A DNA stretch of 64,000 nt from the NCBI RefSeq assembly GCF_000150275.1, contig NW_002060944.1, positions 7,244,756 to 7,308,755 on the forward strand, written 5' to 3'. The position numbers and the translations under genes are program-made. The notes under the pieces are model-generated. The model made no database searches. It was not told the DNA's origin and saw only the letters and a list, made by a program, of their open reading frames with translations. Position 1 is the first letter of the stretch; every line of letters begins with the position of its first letter. Below are positions 44,392 through 58,900 of this stretch, in pieces. The stretch is from Trichoplax adhaerens (taxonomy: Eukaryota > Animalia > Placozoa).

Positions 44392-47300
44392 ATGCTGCTG
44401 GTTCGACGGCAGCATAACTTCCTTCGAATCACAAGATCTCTTCTCAGTGTACGCTTGATCGCATTTAATCATCCTTCAACCGTCATTCCAGCTAATAAAA
44501 TGGCCTGGGAATGCCAACGAAGTCCTTACTTACGTCAGTTTGAATCAAAAGTTGTTTCTTGTACACCAGCAAAGCTAGAAGGCAAAAATGGCTTTGATGT
44601 CGTGTTGGAAGACACAATCCTTTTTCCTGCCGGAGGTGGTCAGGTCAGTTAAATGACAAGGTTGTTCTTTGCTCCATAGCATGTAATTTATACTTCTTTA
44701 GCCAATTTTATCGACGCTAGTTTAGTCGTCGTGTTCTGTCATCACTTTTGCTTAAGTTGTTCAACAGTTATCATAACCATTTCAGCATAGCTTTACAATT
44801 TGTCTTTCTTATGCCAGAAAAAGGATAAACCATTCAAATTGGATGATACTGTATTTTAGTCATGATATTCATATACTGAACGCTCTTATGCTGTAGCGGT
44901 GATTGTGCGAGCTCGAGGTTGCTCTTAGAGTTGATTTGGATAGGGTTATGCATGCTTGTATCGAAGTGTAATATACTCTTCTAATCTTTGAAGATTTCAA
45001 AAAAAAATAGATATAATGTATCATGTTCTGCTGCCAACTGTATGCCGATATGTTCTAGAATTATACTGTACGATAGATTTGTAAGCGATGAGTAGACGAT
45101 GAGTCTGTACGGTAAATTCTTTCTTATGTTTATATCCTATATTATTCACTTACATGATGGTATCTCCATGCACCTTTCAATCTGTTTATGCGCTTAGCCG
45201 GATGATCGTGGAACAGTAAGTACTAAAAAATCGATTGAGATACGCTTATTTGTGGTAGAAGAGTGTCTTACGTAGGGTGTACCAATAACTCTTACCGATT
45301 TAAAATACAAAAGTATTTTCGATATCAGGATGGAATAGAACGTTTATGTTGAATGATTTTTCAATTTCTGAAGTGTAACTGCTATACATGCTACATTAAA
45401 ATAGAGACAAGCTTAGTGTAAACAACCCTAGGCGTTACTTCTAGGTGTACACTAATAGGTAATAGAATTAATCTTAAGTCAGTTCAAAGTCGGCGTTACC
45501 AATAATTTTCCCAACTCTTTGTACTCTGGATATGTAGTAGAATTAATCTTCAATTGATTCAAAATCTGGGTAACTTCTAGTTTTCTTAACTCTTTGTACA
45601 TCGGATATGCAGTAGAATTAATCTTGAACTGGTTTAAAAGTCTCTTTTTAACTTTCATTCCTTTCTATTACTGTAATAGATTAATGAAGTGCCGGTTCAT
45701 GACGTTCGTAGAGATGGCTCAAAGGCAGTTCACTTTACTGAGAAATCATTAGAAGTTGATGCCAATGCTCATATTGTCGTAGATTGGAATAGAAGATTCG
45801 ATCATATGCAACAGCATACTGGTTAGTATGTAATAGCATTAATACTCCATCAAAATATAAATAGTGTAATAATTTTAGTAGTAGTTTAGTCTGCTGCTGA
45901 TCCTATTCATACACGTATAATCATTATATTGCAGATGAGAGTAGATGGTAAGTTTTATAGTATTTATTTGTGATATCTTACTTTCAATTTTATTCATTAA
46001 CTTCATACAACGTTATAAATCGACCGTGATGATCTTCTGTATAATTCATTAAGTTAAATTTGCCATTTAGCATCGATTCAGTCAAAATATTTGACTATTC
46101 ATAACGGCGGACGATAGATAATTGTTCATGCAAGAATCTTACTAATTGGCCTACTATACATATACAAAATAGAAAGGTTGTAATAAATACAATAATGAAC
46201 CTCCATGACATTTTCGTTCCTCTGCTATTCCTGCTCGAATTGATCATTTTAGGCCAGCACTTAATAACTGCAGTTTTTGAAAATCGTTATGGATATAAGA
46301 CTCTTTCATGGTAAGTTACTCATTGACCTTAGGTGCTTAGCAGTAAAAATCAAACATTAACTTTAGAAATACCTGTATCACGAATTAAACCGTGAAGGAA
46401 TCTAGGAAAAGTTAAATCAAGCATAGAATTATCATGTAAATCGATGACTCAGGAGGAAATTGATTGTGCAGAACTAGAGATTAATAAAGCTATTAAAGCT
46501 AATACTCCAGTTAGTGTGCATCTCTACGAAAAAGACGATCCGGGATTGGAGAAAGTAATGATATGAAAATGTTACAAAATAATGTCGAAAAACATCTCTA
46601 CTTTTTTGGCAAAACTTTATAAAATTATTACGTATTCGTAGATACGCAGTAGAGGTATCCCAGATGATTTTGCTGGACCTGTTAGAGTGGTTGAAATTGA
46701 AAGTATGTTTGTACCTGTATTTATATTTTGAACGACCAAGATTTAATTAATGTCGGCTAAAATTATGATATTAACGGTAGATATTGATGCGAATACATGC
46801 TGTGGTACACATCTAGCAAATTTAAGTCATCTACAAGTAAGAAGGCTGTTCCCTGTTTTCTTCTTATTGTTAATACTTCAAAGTGATAAATGTATAATTT
46901 CAAATAGTGCAGTAATGGCTGATTTTAACCATTCTAATAATACCTTTAATAACAAAAGATGATTAAGTTACTGCATACTGAACCCACACGAGGATGTACA
47001 AGGATTCATTTTCTTGCTGGTAATCGTGTAATGAATACTCTATGCAGTATGATTAATACGGAGAGAAAGTTAACTCAAATACTGAGGTAATAAAGACCCT
47101 GATCTCTATCTAATAGGCTTAAATGACTATATACAATATTTCCAACGCTTGGTCCTAACTGCTATATTACATTATTATTACTACTATTAGCTGCGGTCCA
47201 GAAGATCATGTGGATCAAGTTCAAAAATTACAAAAGACTGCCAAAAGTTCACAAAAAGTAGGATATATTAATTTTTATCCAATAACGTTAGTATAATATT

Positions 47301-48195
47301 AAAGAAATGTATAGATACTGAGATAGTAAGTTAACGATTAAATATTAGGCGGCCCGTAATTATCTCAGAGAAATTGCCACTCTCGAAGCTGAGAAATTTA
47401 ACAATACTAGCGATTTGGTGCTGTGCGTCCATAGGTATGCCAATAATTGGATATCTTTGATTTTTTAGTGAATCACGGTTGTAGATGCCAATATTCACTT
47501 CAATAATTACGGTTTCGTAATAGATATTGATAGTAAAAATTGACTAGCAAGGTCGATCCACGCAATACGTTTATTCATAACCTTCATGAAATAGTTACTC
47601 AATTTAAAAAAAATTACTATACTATAGATGCTAATACGTGCTCTACTTTATTATTTACTAGGGAAGATGGAGATATGGACTTTTTGAATGTAATCAATTC
47701 CAAAATAAGAAACAAGGTAGGATATCAATCATAGTTCTGCTTGAATTGTCCAAACATCTCATTCTCAGATCTACCCAATGTTTACAACGCCAGAATGCAA
47801 TCATTTTCCTGTCCGTTGGATCAAATAGCACGGGAGGACAATTCCTACTGACTGGCCCGCCAAGTCTAATCGACAAGATTGGACCTAGGTAATCCTTTTA
47901 TATTTCCCTGTAAAGCCGTTAACGATCATTACGTGGCAATAGTATTATACGATTTAAATATTTGAACTATGAAATGTATTGTTCAGTTTTCCTTTTATAC
48001 GAATCAGGTTCCTAGAGAGCAAATTTATTAGTAACCACTAATTTACATATTTATTGCATTTACAGTGTTGCGGAAAGGTTACAGGGTAAAGGGGGAGGTA
48101 AAAAAGGTCGTTATCAAGGCAAAGCTAAAGCTTTTAATAAGATAACCGATGTCCAAGAGTTTGTAAAGAATAGTGCCGTTGCTGATAGTTCATAA
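44392..48195 (+). CDS. AARSD1: Alanyl-tRNA editing protein (AlaX-like), multi-exon
   Basis: MAWECQR...LEDTILFPAGGGQ-PDDRGT; DWNRRFDHMQQHTGQHL (HxxxH); IDANTCCGTH (CxxxH); C-terminal GKGGGKKGRYQGK; stop at 48195. Confidence 0.95.
45462..45645. repeat. Intronic ~75-bp tandem repeat (2.4 copies)
   Basis: tagaattaatctt...aactctttgtac...ggatatg recurs at 45463, 45538 and 45613. Confidence 0.8.
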
Positions 48196-48799
48196 CTATA
48201 CTACGGTATTACATTTTGTTGCACTCTACTTGCAATCTACTCTATTCATCTAAATAAGACTATGTGGTATTTTTATGGCAGTAGAATTTACTAATTCGAT
48301 GTCTCAATATTTGATGTCATATTAGTGACTTAAATGGCAAAGCTACTTTTATTGTTATATCATTTGTAAGATTTACATTCGTACGATAGCGTAGTATAAT
48401 CTTGCTTTTCACATGGATAATAGCTTAAAATATGGTAGTTTTCCACTGTTTGCAAATGCTACGCTTGCGTAATGAAGCGGTCTATTCTTCGTCAGGTGGG
48501 CAGATAAATTAAATCAATAAAATGAGGAGGTAGTTAAAAATAGCGCATCTATCCTTTTAACGTAATTGTAATTACATATTGCAGAAATGATGAGGGCATT
48601 TATATTGTCCCTAGTAAATACATATTATGATGATGCTAATCGTCAACAGGAAATGATGGAACAATGCAGATTCTAATGACGACTTTTATTTCTAGAATGG
48701 AATAAAATAAATAAATATTGTAATGAATTCAATTTGTTATCGACTAAAGCTATTAGTAACGTGATTGGTTACCATATTATAATAGTAAGGGTAATAGTG

Positions 48800-51700
48800 A
48801 TAAGTATTCATGTCTATTCCATTTCATTACTTCAAATAGAACGGTAATTGCTAAATAAATTATTTCATCCATTAATTGCTATCGAAAACGTTGTTCATTA
48901 CGTATACCTGGCAATTTTAAATGAAAATCTATAGACAATCGAATACAATCAATAAAATTGCACTTAGGAACTTCTAGAAGGTATTGTTTAAATTCTTAAG
49001 ATCCTAACGGTATTGGGGTCACAATTGAATTACTTACAAACTCAAGGGTACAACACCTTATTTCTATACTATTCGTTGGTGTATAGTATTATCTTTGGGG
49101 ATACATTCAATATGATTAGACAACATCACCCATTATCATCTACTAAACTAGCGAATATACCATTATATATCTTGGATTACAATGTTAGGAAGTTAAAACT
49201 GATATAGGTGCCTTTAAGTTCCGGTTGAATGATAGATATACTTGATAAACAACAATACCGTACCACACCTTAGATGGTTTACATATAGTATGAACCGAAG
49301 TATAAAATTATAGAACATTAAACAAATTTAGGGCCTACGAATATCATCTTCTCTATCGTTACATTTCATACTCTGGCAAATTTTTTATCAGATTTTGTCA
49401 TCAGCAATTATTGTAACTGTTCTTAAAAATTTAGAACTATCTTCTAGCAATATATAATTACTATTTTAACAATCTTTTAGGTAAATGAAAGTGTTTTAAT
49501 CATTTTTCTATTTATGGCTGATCTATCATCTAGTACTGAAAGTTAAAGAAAAGAAATTATTATTTTAAGTTGAACTTTTAAATTGATTTATATCTAAGAC
49601 TTGTTCATTAACTATAGTTATCAACTGAAGATGGCGACTTCGATAGAAATCATCCCTATACAGTACTGGCTTACTGATTTCTAAAGAATAATTTGTTCTT
49701 TATAGTCACTAAAATAATGTACTAAAAATGAATAATATCTATGCTACCTGAATTTATTATTACTTTGTTTATCTACTTATACAATCAATAAATTAGTTTA
49801 GCCACCCATGCATTAACTCTTTCAATGGTTACTGTAAATCTAGTTAATCTTTTACGATTGGTTATTCAAAATTTCGTTAATTGGTCGCCTGTTTTCACCT
49901 ATATTTTACCGTCCCTAATTACCTAAGCCAAGAGGTTTGGCATGTCTTTACATCAATCGGAAAGGAATATCTGGCAACTCGTTTTGCGATAGCTACGTGC
50001 TAGCTTATTTAACCCTAATCTAGAAGATCTTGCTATCGAATTTCCTACGTTTATTTACGAAGCATAATTTGTCGTTTTTATTTTAGTTATAACTGCTCTT
50101 ATTCAGTTGTCGTTATTAACTCCGAATACAGACACAGTAATCGCTTTAATCGACGTTGAAAATTTTTATTCGATTTTGAGTATTAATAGAATATTTAGTG
50201 TGAATTAATGCTTCTGCAGAATTTCAGTCGATTTCAAATTTCATTATATTAAATAAAGTTAATATTCCAGATAGGATCTACTGTGTCAAGGATACGGCTA
50301 AGTAAATCCAATGAATGAAAGAAAATTTATTAAAATCTGATCGCATAAGAAATGTATGCGCACAAATTCTAGTCTCTTTTCAGTAATAAATTGGACTATA
50401 ATCTAAATTCGCTTAGCTATGAAAGGTAATTTTGACATATTGCTTTCGATTATTAAAACTGCCCAACCATGATATAATAGATAATAAATAAAATCAAGGT
50501 GTGTTTTGGTTTGTTTTATACTTAGTGATAGCAAAAAGTACAGTACATCACTATAATGGATCATTATTTTATGTATGAAGTATAAATACTAATAGGAGTT
50601 TACTAGTTACGCAAAGTGGTTATAACCAATTGAAGGACTAGTACAAGTAATAATCAGCAATATATAAATTAATATAATAACGAATCTTATAATGTTCTAG
50701 AACAGACGAATTACAGCCTAATATGAAATTTGAGTATTTTTCTCATCGTTTGATTGAATTAAATTAGTAGAACAGTTAACTGAAAATCATAAATAACCAC
50801 AACCAATCCCTTATGATTATATAATACTACACGTGTATCTCATGATGGTATTATGTATGATTTTAATCGGCGGCGACTTCTTGTTCTTGTATTCCAGTAA
50901 ATCGTCATTATTCTCTTTCTAACTTATTTAATCTTGAGGATACTATTAGTTTGAAATGTAATTATTTCTATCATTAATATTAGTAATCAATTTAAGATAA
51001 TGCTTAAATATTCTCGTAAAATATTAATAATAATACCTGTGAAATTATTAGATCAACTTGAGAAGTAACTAGTCCAAATATCAATCTTGAAGTTCTATTT
51101 TTATTATCATCACCGCATCAACAGATATCAAAATAAAGGTCTTTCAACATTATGATCAAGTAAAAAAGTGACTGACCCAAATGTTAAACTGATATTTTCC
51201 CTTTTAATTACTCATACTCCTATAATAGTAATCTAATTGAGGATAATCTGCTTGAGTGTTTGATAGCTATGGATGGTACTATGGTAACGATAAATTTAAT
51301 ATTTAAAGATATGGCTTGCTAATTCCGTCTTCAATGTTATTCCTAATGGAGATCGAATTCAAGCTTTTGTTTGGCTGCTAAGTTAGCAATTGTCTTGTAG
51401 ACTCCAAATAACCTTGGTAGATAGCCTCAGGAATTAATACCATGAGTTGATGCTTATAAGAAAAGATTGTGTAAACAAACAAATAACATAACAGTCTGCT
51501 ATTAGAAATTGATTTAAATGAAGAATGTAGAATTGAACTGGTCTTATCAACTCTGCAATACCGGATTAATGTCAACAACTTTCGTTGATGGTAGTTTATA
51601 CAGTGATAGTATAGCAAAATCAATGAAATCTAGATAGCTGTAAAGTAAAAAATATAAGTTTATACCGTTCGCGAAGTCTAATAGACGTGAATTCTGCGAG
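48800..51700 (-). pseudogene. Decayed intronless leucine-rich-repeat gene (copy A)
   Basis: Frame-broken LRR-like fragments: SSILHSSFKSISN, LIPEAIYQG, KSLNSISIRNN, VPSIAIKHSSRLSSIRL, MLKDLYFDIC, MPNLL, VYLSFNR, GIFASL, LSNHIECIP, PIPLG. Confidence 0.45.
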
Positions 51701-54700
51701 TTTTAAGAATTATCTAGTTAATTAATGATATACTTGGTTTATTCATACAATATCTTGTATCCCAGTGGAGAAGTCATTACATTAAATTCGAAGGCAGTAA
51801 TCCATTCTAATGTCGAAATTTTTGTTATATAATAAAATGTTCTCTCTATTTATTTTTCAATTCAATTGCCAACAACTAAAATTAAATTTAAAATTAGAAC
51901 GTAATTCAATTTTTAATTTATTCATGTTCTCGTTGTTATCGTATTATTCAAACTGTTATAGTCCAATATCTTGTATAAATACCGATACAACTTGCTCATC
52001 ACGACAAATAGTACTCTTCATTAGCGATTTTCATCATGATTGTCTTGTTTTGCTTTTTTAAATGCAATTTCCACGACTCATTTTAACTAAACTGTCAAGT
52101 AGCAAGTTGTGAAATGATGAACAGAGAATGATAACAGATTAGATTACAATAGATAAAAGGAAAATTGCGTCTAATTTAGTATTCAATAGATTATTGAAAA
52201 ATAGAATACGCAATTTAATTAATTGGAATAGATTACTATTTTATTTTAATATATCCTTGATTTCTATCATTATAGGGAATGGGCATAAATTGGGCTATTC
52301 ATGCTATGGTGAAATATCTAATTTTTTCATAAGATGAAAATCATCGATATTCTTATATACTCATATAGTCCAGACGATCCAAGCTAAAATTTTGATTACC
52401 TCTCACTAAAATCTAATTTCAAGTTTGGCTGGTCTTTTCTTCTTTGCTTGTTTTGTAAATGTAGTCTAGTCAAATAGAATCAGTGTATTTATAATAGATT
52501 ACCCCATTCCTTCCGTTCTATTTTTCTTTCATTTTTACTGTAAAACCCGATTTCAATTAGGATTAAAATCAATATCATTGTCATGCCATTAATATTGTTT
52601 GATGCGATTCATCGATAGTGTCAATAAAATGGTGAATAATAGGGGGCAGGGTAGCGAATAATATAAAAATTAAAAGTATATACCAAAGGTGACGAGATTT
52701 CAATATGAGAAAGATGGTGGTTGCAAGCAAAGTTGATATTCAAATAGATGAGAATTAAGGTTAAAAGGTAATGAAATCGCTAATTGTATCTACCGCAGAG
52801 TATAGATCGTTTTTTAGATAATAAAAAAAGAAATGAATAAAATCAATGGATAAATAAAATAATCTAATCTAACAGAGAAAACAATCAAAAGAAAGATTGG
52901 GTGGAACATTTTATATGCTATGTCTCCTCCCAGTATTATCTTAAATGGAATAAATAAATGGAAATCAATGTTTTATAATGACGATATCAATTTTTTTCCA
53001 AGGCTTTAATTTGACAGTTATTTACTATCGTAATATACCTACGTCAACGTCTGAATCGCCCATGTTCTATTGATAGCTCAATATTTTTAATCCCAACTCA
53101 TATCATCATGCACTTGATAAATTACTTTCAATTCATGGATTGATGTCGGATATGATTGCCAATTTGCATTGATCATCGGTAAGTTTATTCCATTTCTTCA
53201 AGCGCTGTTTTTTCGTGTCATAAAATTAACGAGTGAATTTTAGTAATCTACTCTAACGGCTATTGATCTATTTTAAATGATCAATTAGATTATGCCTGTA
53301 GCCACTAAACATTCTTTTCCCCATTTCAATTTTTCATAACCAATATATCATAGATGTTCTTTTCCTAGAACTCATTGCATGCCTGCTGCCGTCTATAATT
53401 TTGATTTAAGATTTAGTTTACATCAAACTATCCACTGTGCTTTCTGGTCGTTGTATGAATCTACGCTCATTCTTACTATTATTTTAAGTAGAAATTTTCT
53501 CATTTCTATTGCCAAGTTGTCCTTCAATAAGTAACTTTTATCATGTACTTGTAATTCCTAGTATAGCAAGCTCATTAAGGATGATCGATATCATTATCTC
53601 ACAACGCAACTAGATGGCGATACCATTTAAAATCACCTAACTCGTTTCATCCAATATTATTGAATGGTAGCCTATGCAAATAGGGATCTCCTTCCATTTC
53701 TGGTCCTATTTATGCTAATCATATGTCTATATGATGAATTAATTACGGAGTAATGATCAGTATTATCAAACTACTTTTACCATTTAATGACAACACCCAT
53801 AAATAGCATGCACCCCATTTTATTAAATTTACTTCATGTTCAAGGATGCAAACGCCAACTTTCTTTCCATTTCTAACCCTACTTTTGCTATTCAGACATT
53901 CTTACGGTATGATGAAGTAATTGCAGTAATGAATGATCAAATATTATCAATTTACTTAATGATTTCATGACGATACCATTCCATTTTATGTAGCCCTTTT
54001 TGTCTACTGCTGTTCAATACCAATGGTATTTCGATCAGGCCAGAGACTACACCCTTTCCATATATTACTATCTATGCTATCTGTGTGATTCTGAGATGAA
54101 TTTATTAAAGAACGACGATTATCCTCCTCGAGTTACTGTAGGACTTAATCGCGATAGTGATCAGTATCACGTATCTCGTTGTGCAAAAGCTCATTTCATT
54201 TAATATCAAGACATGATAATGTATAACTATTGATTCATGCTCAATACTACTCTTTTATGTAGGGTAATCGCGGTAATCATTAGGACTTACTAACGTAAGA
54301 AATAATAAAGTTAAACCGAAAATAACTTGCCCGATAGGAATAGTTCTAATTCTAGTTGATAATTCTATCTATCTCTTATCCGTTGTATTTATACGGTATC
54401 TAACGCTCTTCCAATATGGATAAGATTTCAGAATTTAATAGTAGATTTTAATCCTGGTTATTTATGCGCTTTTCTCGTCAGCAAAATTCTTTGATTCTGC
54501 TATCCACAGATTGTTTTCTAGCCACTTAAGCAGCCTTACTTTTCATTAAAGTTTGTTGCCATACTATTGCAGCCGCTCTGATCTACATTGATACCTATCA
54601 TATTTATCGCTAAAATCTTACCCGTTTTTATTAGTTTCATTCCAATTGGATGGTAGAGATGAATTTTACGTTCCTTCCGTCTATTAAAATCTGATATCTT

Positions 54701-55739
54701 ATTAGCTATCATTGCACTAAGTTATTTGCGATTTCCATTTCTACTTTTTACGTAATTTTGTCGATATTTCTAATGATACTCGTATTACTGCTAATTATAT
54801 ATTTTATTAAAAAATATTATGCATGCTCATGCCCTCATTTACAATTTCTTCTTAGCAGAGGTACTCAATCGATTAGTACAGTAATTGCATGATGTATAGT
54901 ACTACATGATGAAGTAAGATCAACTCTGCAATTACATATATTTGTAAAAGATACAAAAAGGGTAAGATCTAGCTTCTAAAACTTCTACAAACTTTGATTC
55001 TACTTTGGTGTACCCTGGTCGACTTACGTAACGATGACAGCAAATAAAATCGGGAAACAACCAAACAATAATTTATTCAAACTTATAAGAAGTAAGGGAC
55101 CAAACGACTTTCAAATAATTAATTTCTAAGGTTTAAAAGTGAAGAAATAAGATAAAATTAAAACTGTCAACAACCAAACAACCTTACAAGTACAGCTAAC
55201 AATATCGCTTACAATCCGTGAATCTGAGAGGTCTTTCAAATTTAAATTACTTCTTTTAAAGTAATTCTTTCCTACTCCACTCTAAATTTTCCAATTGTAC
55301 CGCCATTTATAAGCTTTGTAGGGCTCTTAATGGAGTTGAGAACTAAACATTGATTAACCCATCACACTTAAAATAACTTAAGAAATCTACTTTGCACCAT
55401 TTAAGAATCAATCACTCAAAGTTCAGATACAATTTACCTTACGATTCCGTTACAAAACGTTAGAAAACTAACAAATTAACTATCAAACATCAAATTTTAT
55501 GGCTACGCTGATTTTTAACTACTAAACTTTATGCAAATCGGAAAATTTACTTTTAAATATCGAGACTTAGTCATTAAAATAATGATTAAAAGTGGCAACC
55601 GCCATCTTATTTATCTATTTTCGAAACTTAAATTTCGTCATTTAACTTTTATGTTGTTTTCTAAAATTTCTAAGTAATAATTTTCAAATTCATCACCAAA
55701 ATTCACGTTTTAATAATTAGGGCTCCATTTTTTTGTCTT

Positions 55740-58700
55740 TTAATATAAGTTCTATATTGAAATTGATCCAATCAATCAAGTAGGAATCGAATTTTAATTT
55801 ATTTGGATTTAATGCTATTGTCACGCTACATCCTCATTTCGATTGAATAGATGAGTGAATACGGTAGCATCTTATTCAGTCAATTAAAATGTTAAATCGG
55901 CATTATTACTAACTGCTAAGAATTGCCTTCCATTTTTTTTACTTATATTTGAACATTTTAGTCAAGTTGAGTGAATAAACCTAATGGAATAGAAGCTTTT
56001 CCCTCGAAAGCTTTTATTTTAGTAGCACTTTCTACGTATTGTAATGATTGATAAGTTTCGTGTAGTTTATTCTTAAATTTTTGATTAAGTATCGCATGTT
56101 CATGATTAATATATAATCAAGTTTTTATGGAGATTAACATTTCTAGCGATAATTTTATCGGTTATCTCTTTATTTTTATCTGAAAGAAAGAATTTATTAA
56201 ATGAAAGACCCATCAATTTCTTTAAAGTGGACGATTTGTACTGAAAAGGAATGATCAAATTCTGTTTCTAGCATGTTTCAATTTAAGATCGATATCATTT
56301 TGATCTGGTATTTGTTACCGTTATTCCTAAGTTAATTGTACTATTCATCCATGACTTTACCGTTGAAATCCAGCATTACAAATAGCTGTAAATCAGAAGG
56401 GAAAAATTTAGTAAGTCGAATGCTAACGAGATTGCAGTTTTTGAATAAGATCTTCATAAAGATACTAAGTGTTCGAGCGAAATCAGTCACTAGACAAGCT
56501 AATATTTTCAGTTTATTGGCAAAGTCAATACCTATCCTGTAATAATAAGAATGAACTATATAGTGAAAGTCTTCAATACTATGAATTAATTAATAAGCTT
56601 TTACTTTCAGTTTTTTGATTTGTTACTTAAAGAATTGAAATCTATAATCTAAAGAAGTTGTATTATTTTGTTTTAAAAGATAACCGAATTGAACTTGCTT
56701 CAGATTACTATCGTTAACTTCGTACCGCAATTCTGATTTTAAATATGATGATTTATCCAATACCGCGAAATCCTCTAAAATTTCAATATTAGTACCTACA
56801 GTAATCTTATTTTGTCAATCTGATAATGACGTCGGGAGTTTTATATTACTGCGGGTTGATAGATTTAAAATGATATCATAAAAATGAAGCTTATTAGTTG
56901 ATATATATTTAGAATACTATATAGACCAATTTATAGTATGTTCTATATGACATAACGTTTGAAGTCAAAGTTCTATTTAATTCCGGTGCTTTAAAACATC
57001 GGACTGATTTCATAGGCAAATATTAATAATGATTTTAGGATATCGTTACCAACGGTAACTTTGCATCTTAGTAAATTTGGTAAAGATCCCGATATCTTTA
57101 TAGCATGTTTGATAATAATTATACATACGTACATATATAATTTAGAGATTACATCATAGAAAATGATTGTATTCATTTAGCTTTCTTTAAATTTAAAGAT
57201 TAATCCATGTGACAAGTCAATTAATAATTTATTATAACTTAGTTTAGAAATATCAGCGTTGATCTAATTGAACATGATAAAAATAGTTTAAATCAGTATT
57301 AAAAGTAACACGGTATACAATATTGCAGCCAAATAAATGAAAAATCTCAGAAATTTTTATTTTATATCGATTGATTTATTATCGATGGAATCATCCTATC
57401 GTCGTTAATGTGATCAAGATTTCAATAATTTCACCTTGTGTTAAGAATTTGAGATTTATATTGCATAATTATAGTGGCTGAACGCATTTAATTGGTTTTA
57501 ATTGAAGGCAAAAAATTAATCGATATCACATAGCAAACTAATAATCATACTCTCTATACGAAATGAGATCTTGCCTTTAGGATAGCAGTATCGATAGTAT
57601 AGGTCAAGTTTACTGATTGTAACTAATTCATCAAGTTATCAAATCATTGCTAATTTTATAAACTGCATATTAAGAAATTAGATTGTATCTTATCGAAATG
57701 TCATCTTTTCGACTGGCTATTTTTGAACAGTGCAGGATTAATTATGTCCCACTAATTTTAAATAATGAGAATAAAACCACACATTTATAATTATATACAA
57801 AGGTGGATAAAACTACGTTTATCTACAGTATACCATTTCTATTACTACTTGTATATTGGTAGTTAGTACCTACACGCTATTATGTAACTATAACTAGCAG
57901 TAACCTACTCGAATAGTCTCCAAGATTTCTCAAAGAATCATTTCCTGCCGTAGTTAGATGAAATTACATACATTCAACTACATGCTCGTATATCAATAGG
58001 CAAAAATTTTCTGAATATCTGTAATATTTTCTTAATCGATCTGGTATTGGCATTAACGTGTCATTTTAGTCCTTTAATAACTAAAAACTCTCCAAAACTC
58101 TGCTACCAAACTATTTCGTAATCGTCATTAGAATGGAATTGTATATACCCAAGTGTATCTTAAGATAGGTAAAATTCTAAGTTCGTTTAATAAACTGTTT
58201 CCCTGACCAGCATTATTTGTCCTAAAGCAGTATTTTATGACTAAAAGTGGTATTCAAAGGCTTCTATAAAATCATTTTAAATCGTTATTTCTTTAAAATC
58301 TACCGCATTGAAGAGCTGCTTGCGTCATATCAGTTGTTCTGGATAAGTAGAGTGTAGAAATCATCAGAGAATGATAGTCATTGTAATCTGTTCCTGATGC
58401 TTTAGTCCATTCTATTTTGGACTCAAGATGACATATTGATGATTGTATAAGATCGTAAATATTTATAGCCACCATTCTATCATATTGATAGAATAGAATA
58501 TTTATTTGTTGGCGTATCATGGCATTAATTTTTAGTAAGAACTCATTGATTTCGCTGGTTGGTCATGACTCTTCAACTAGTAGTCCAATACAATATTTAA
58601 ATAATTATAAGCCTTGAAATGTTTTATCCGCTTGATTTTTAGAGCAGTTGTCATTTTATTTTACAAGAGGAATATAATAGCCCGCGTGCATTTGAATGGG

Positions 58701-58900
58701 ATTCAATTTAAAGCTATAAATCACACTATATGGGTGTATGTGTTCTTAATTAGTCTACAATCTAAATTAGGTGTGGTATGTTGCAAAGTTAGTATATTAA
58801 TAACAGTTTCATCGGCTAACATGAAACAACTTTAATAGATTTTAGGACTATCTATAAATTTTATCTATAAATCAAGTATAGCCAGCTTGTGCTTTTACTT
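55740..58900 (-). pseudogene. Decayed intronless leucine-rich-repeat gene (copy B) with a degenerate LRRCT-like cap
   Basis: DKTFQGL*, LTTAGNDSLRNL, LKLSYNKL, LPNLL, LFKNCNLVSI, TLKKLMGLSFNKF, SLEML/NLHKNLI (1-nt frameshift), SIPLGLFTQL, then ALNPNKLKFDSYLIDWI (similar to NPxxCDCxLxW). Confidence 0.65.

Noticed and set aside
55380-55500. FDV and WV fragments suggestive of TIR box 1 after LRR copy B
   Set aside because: Too short and stop-ridden to distinguish from chance.
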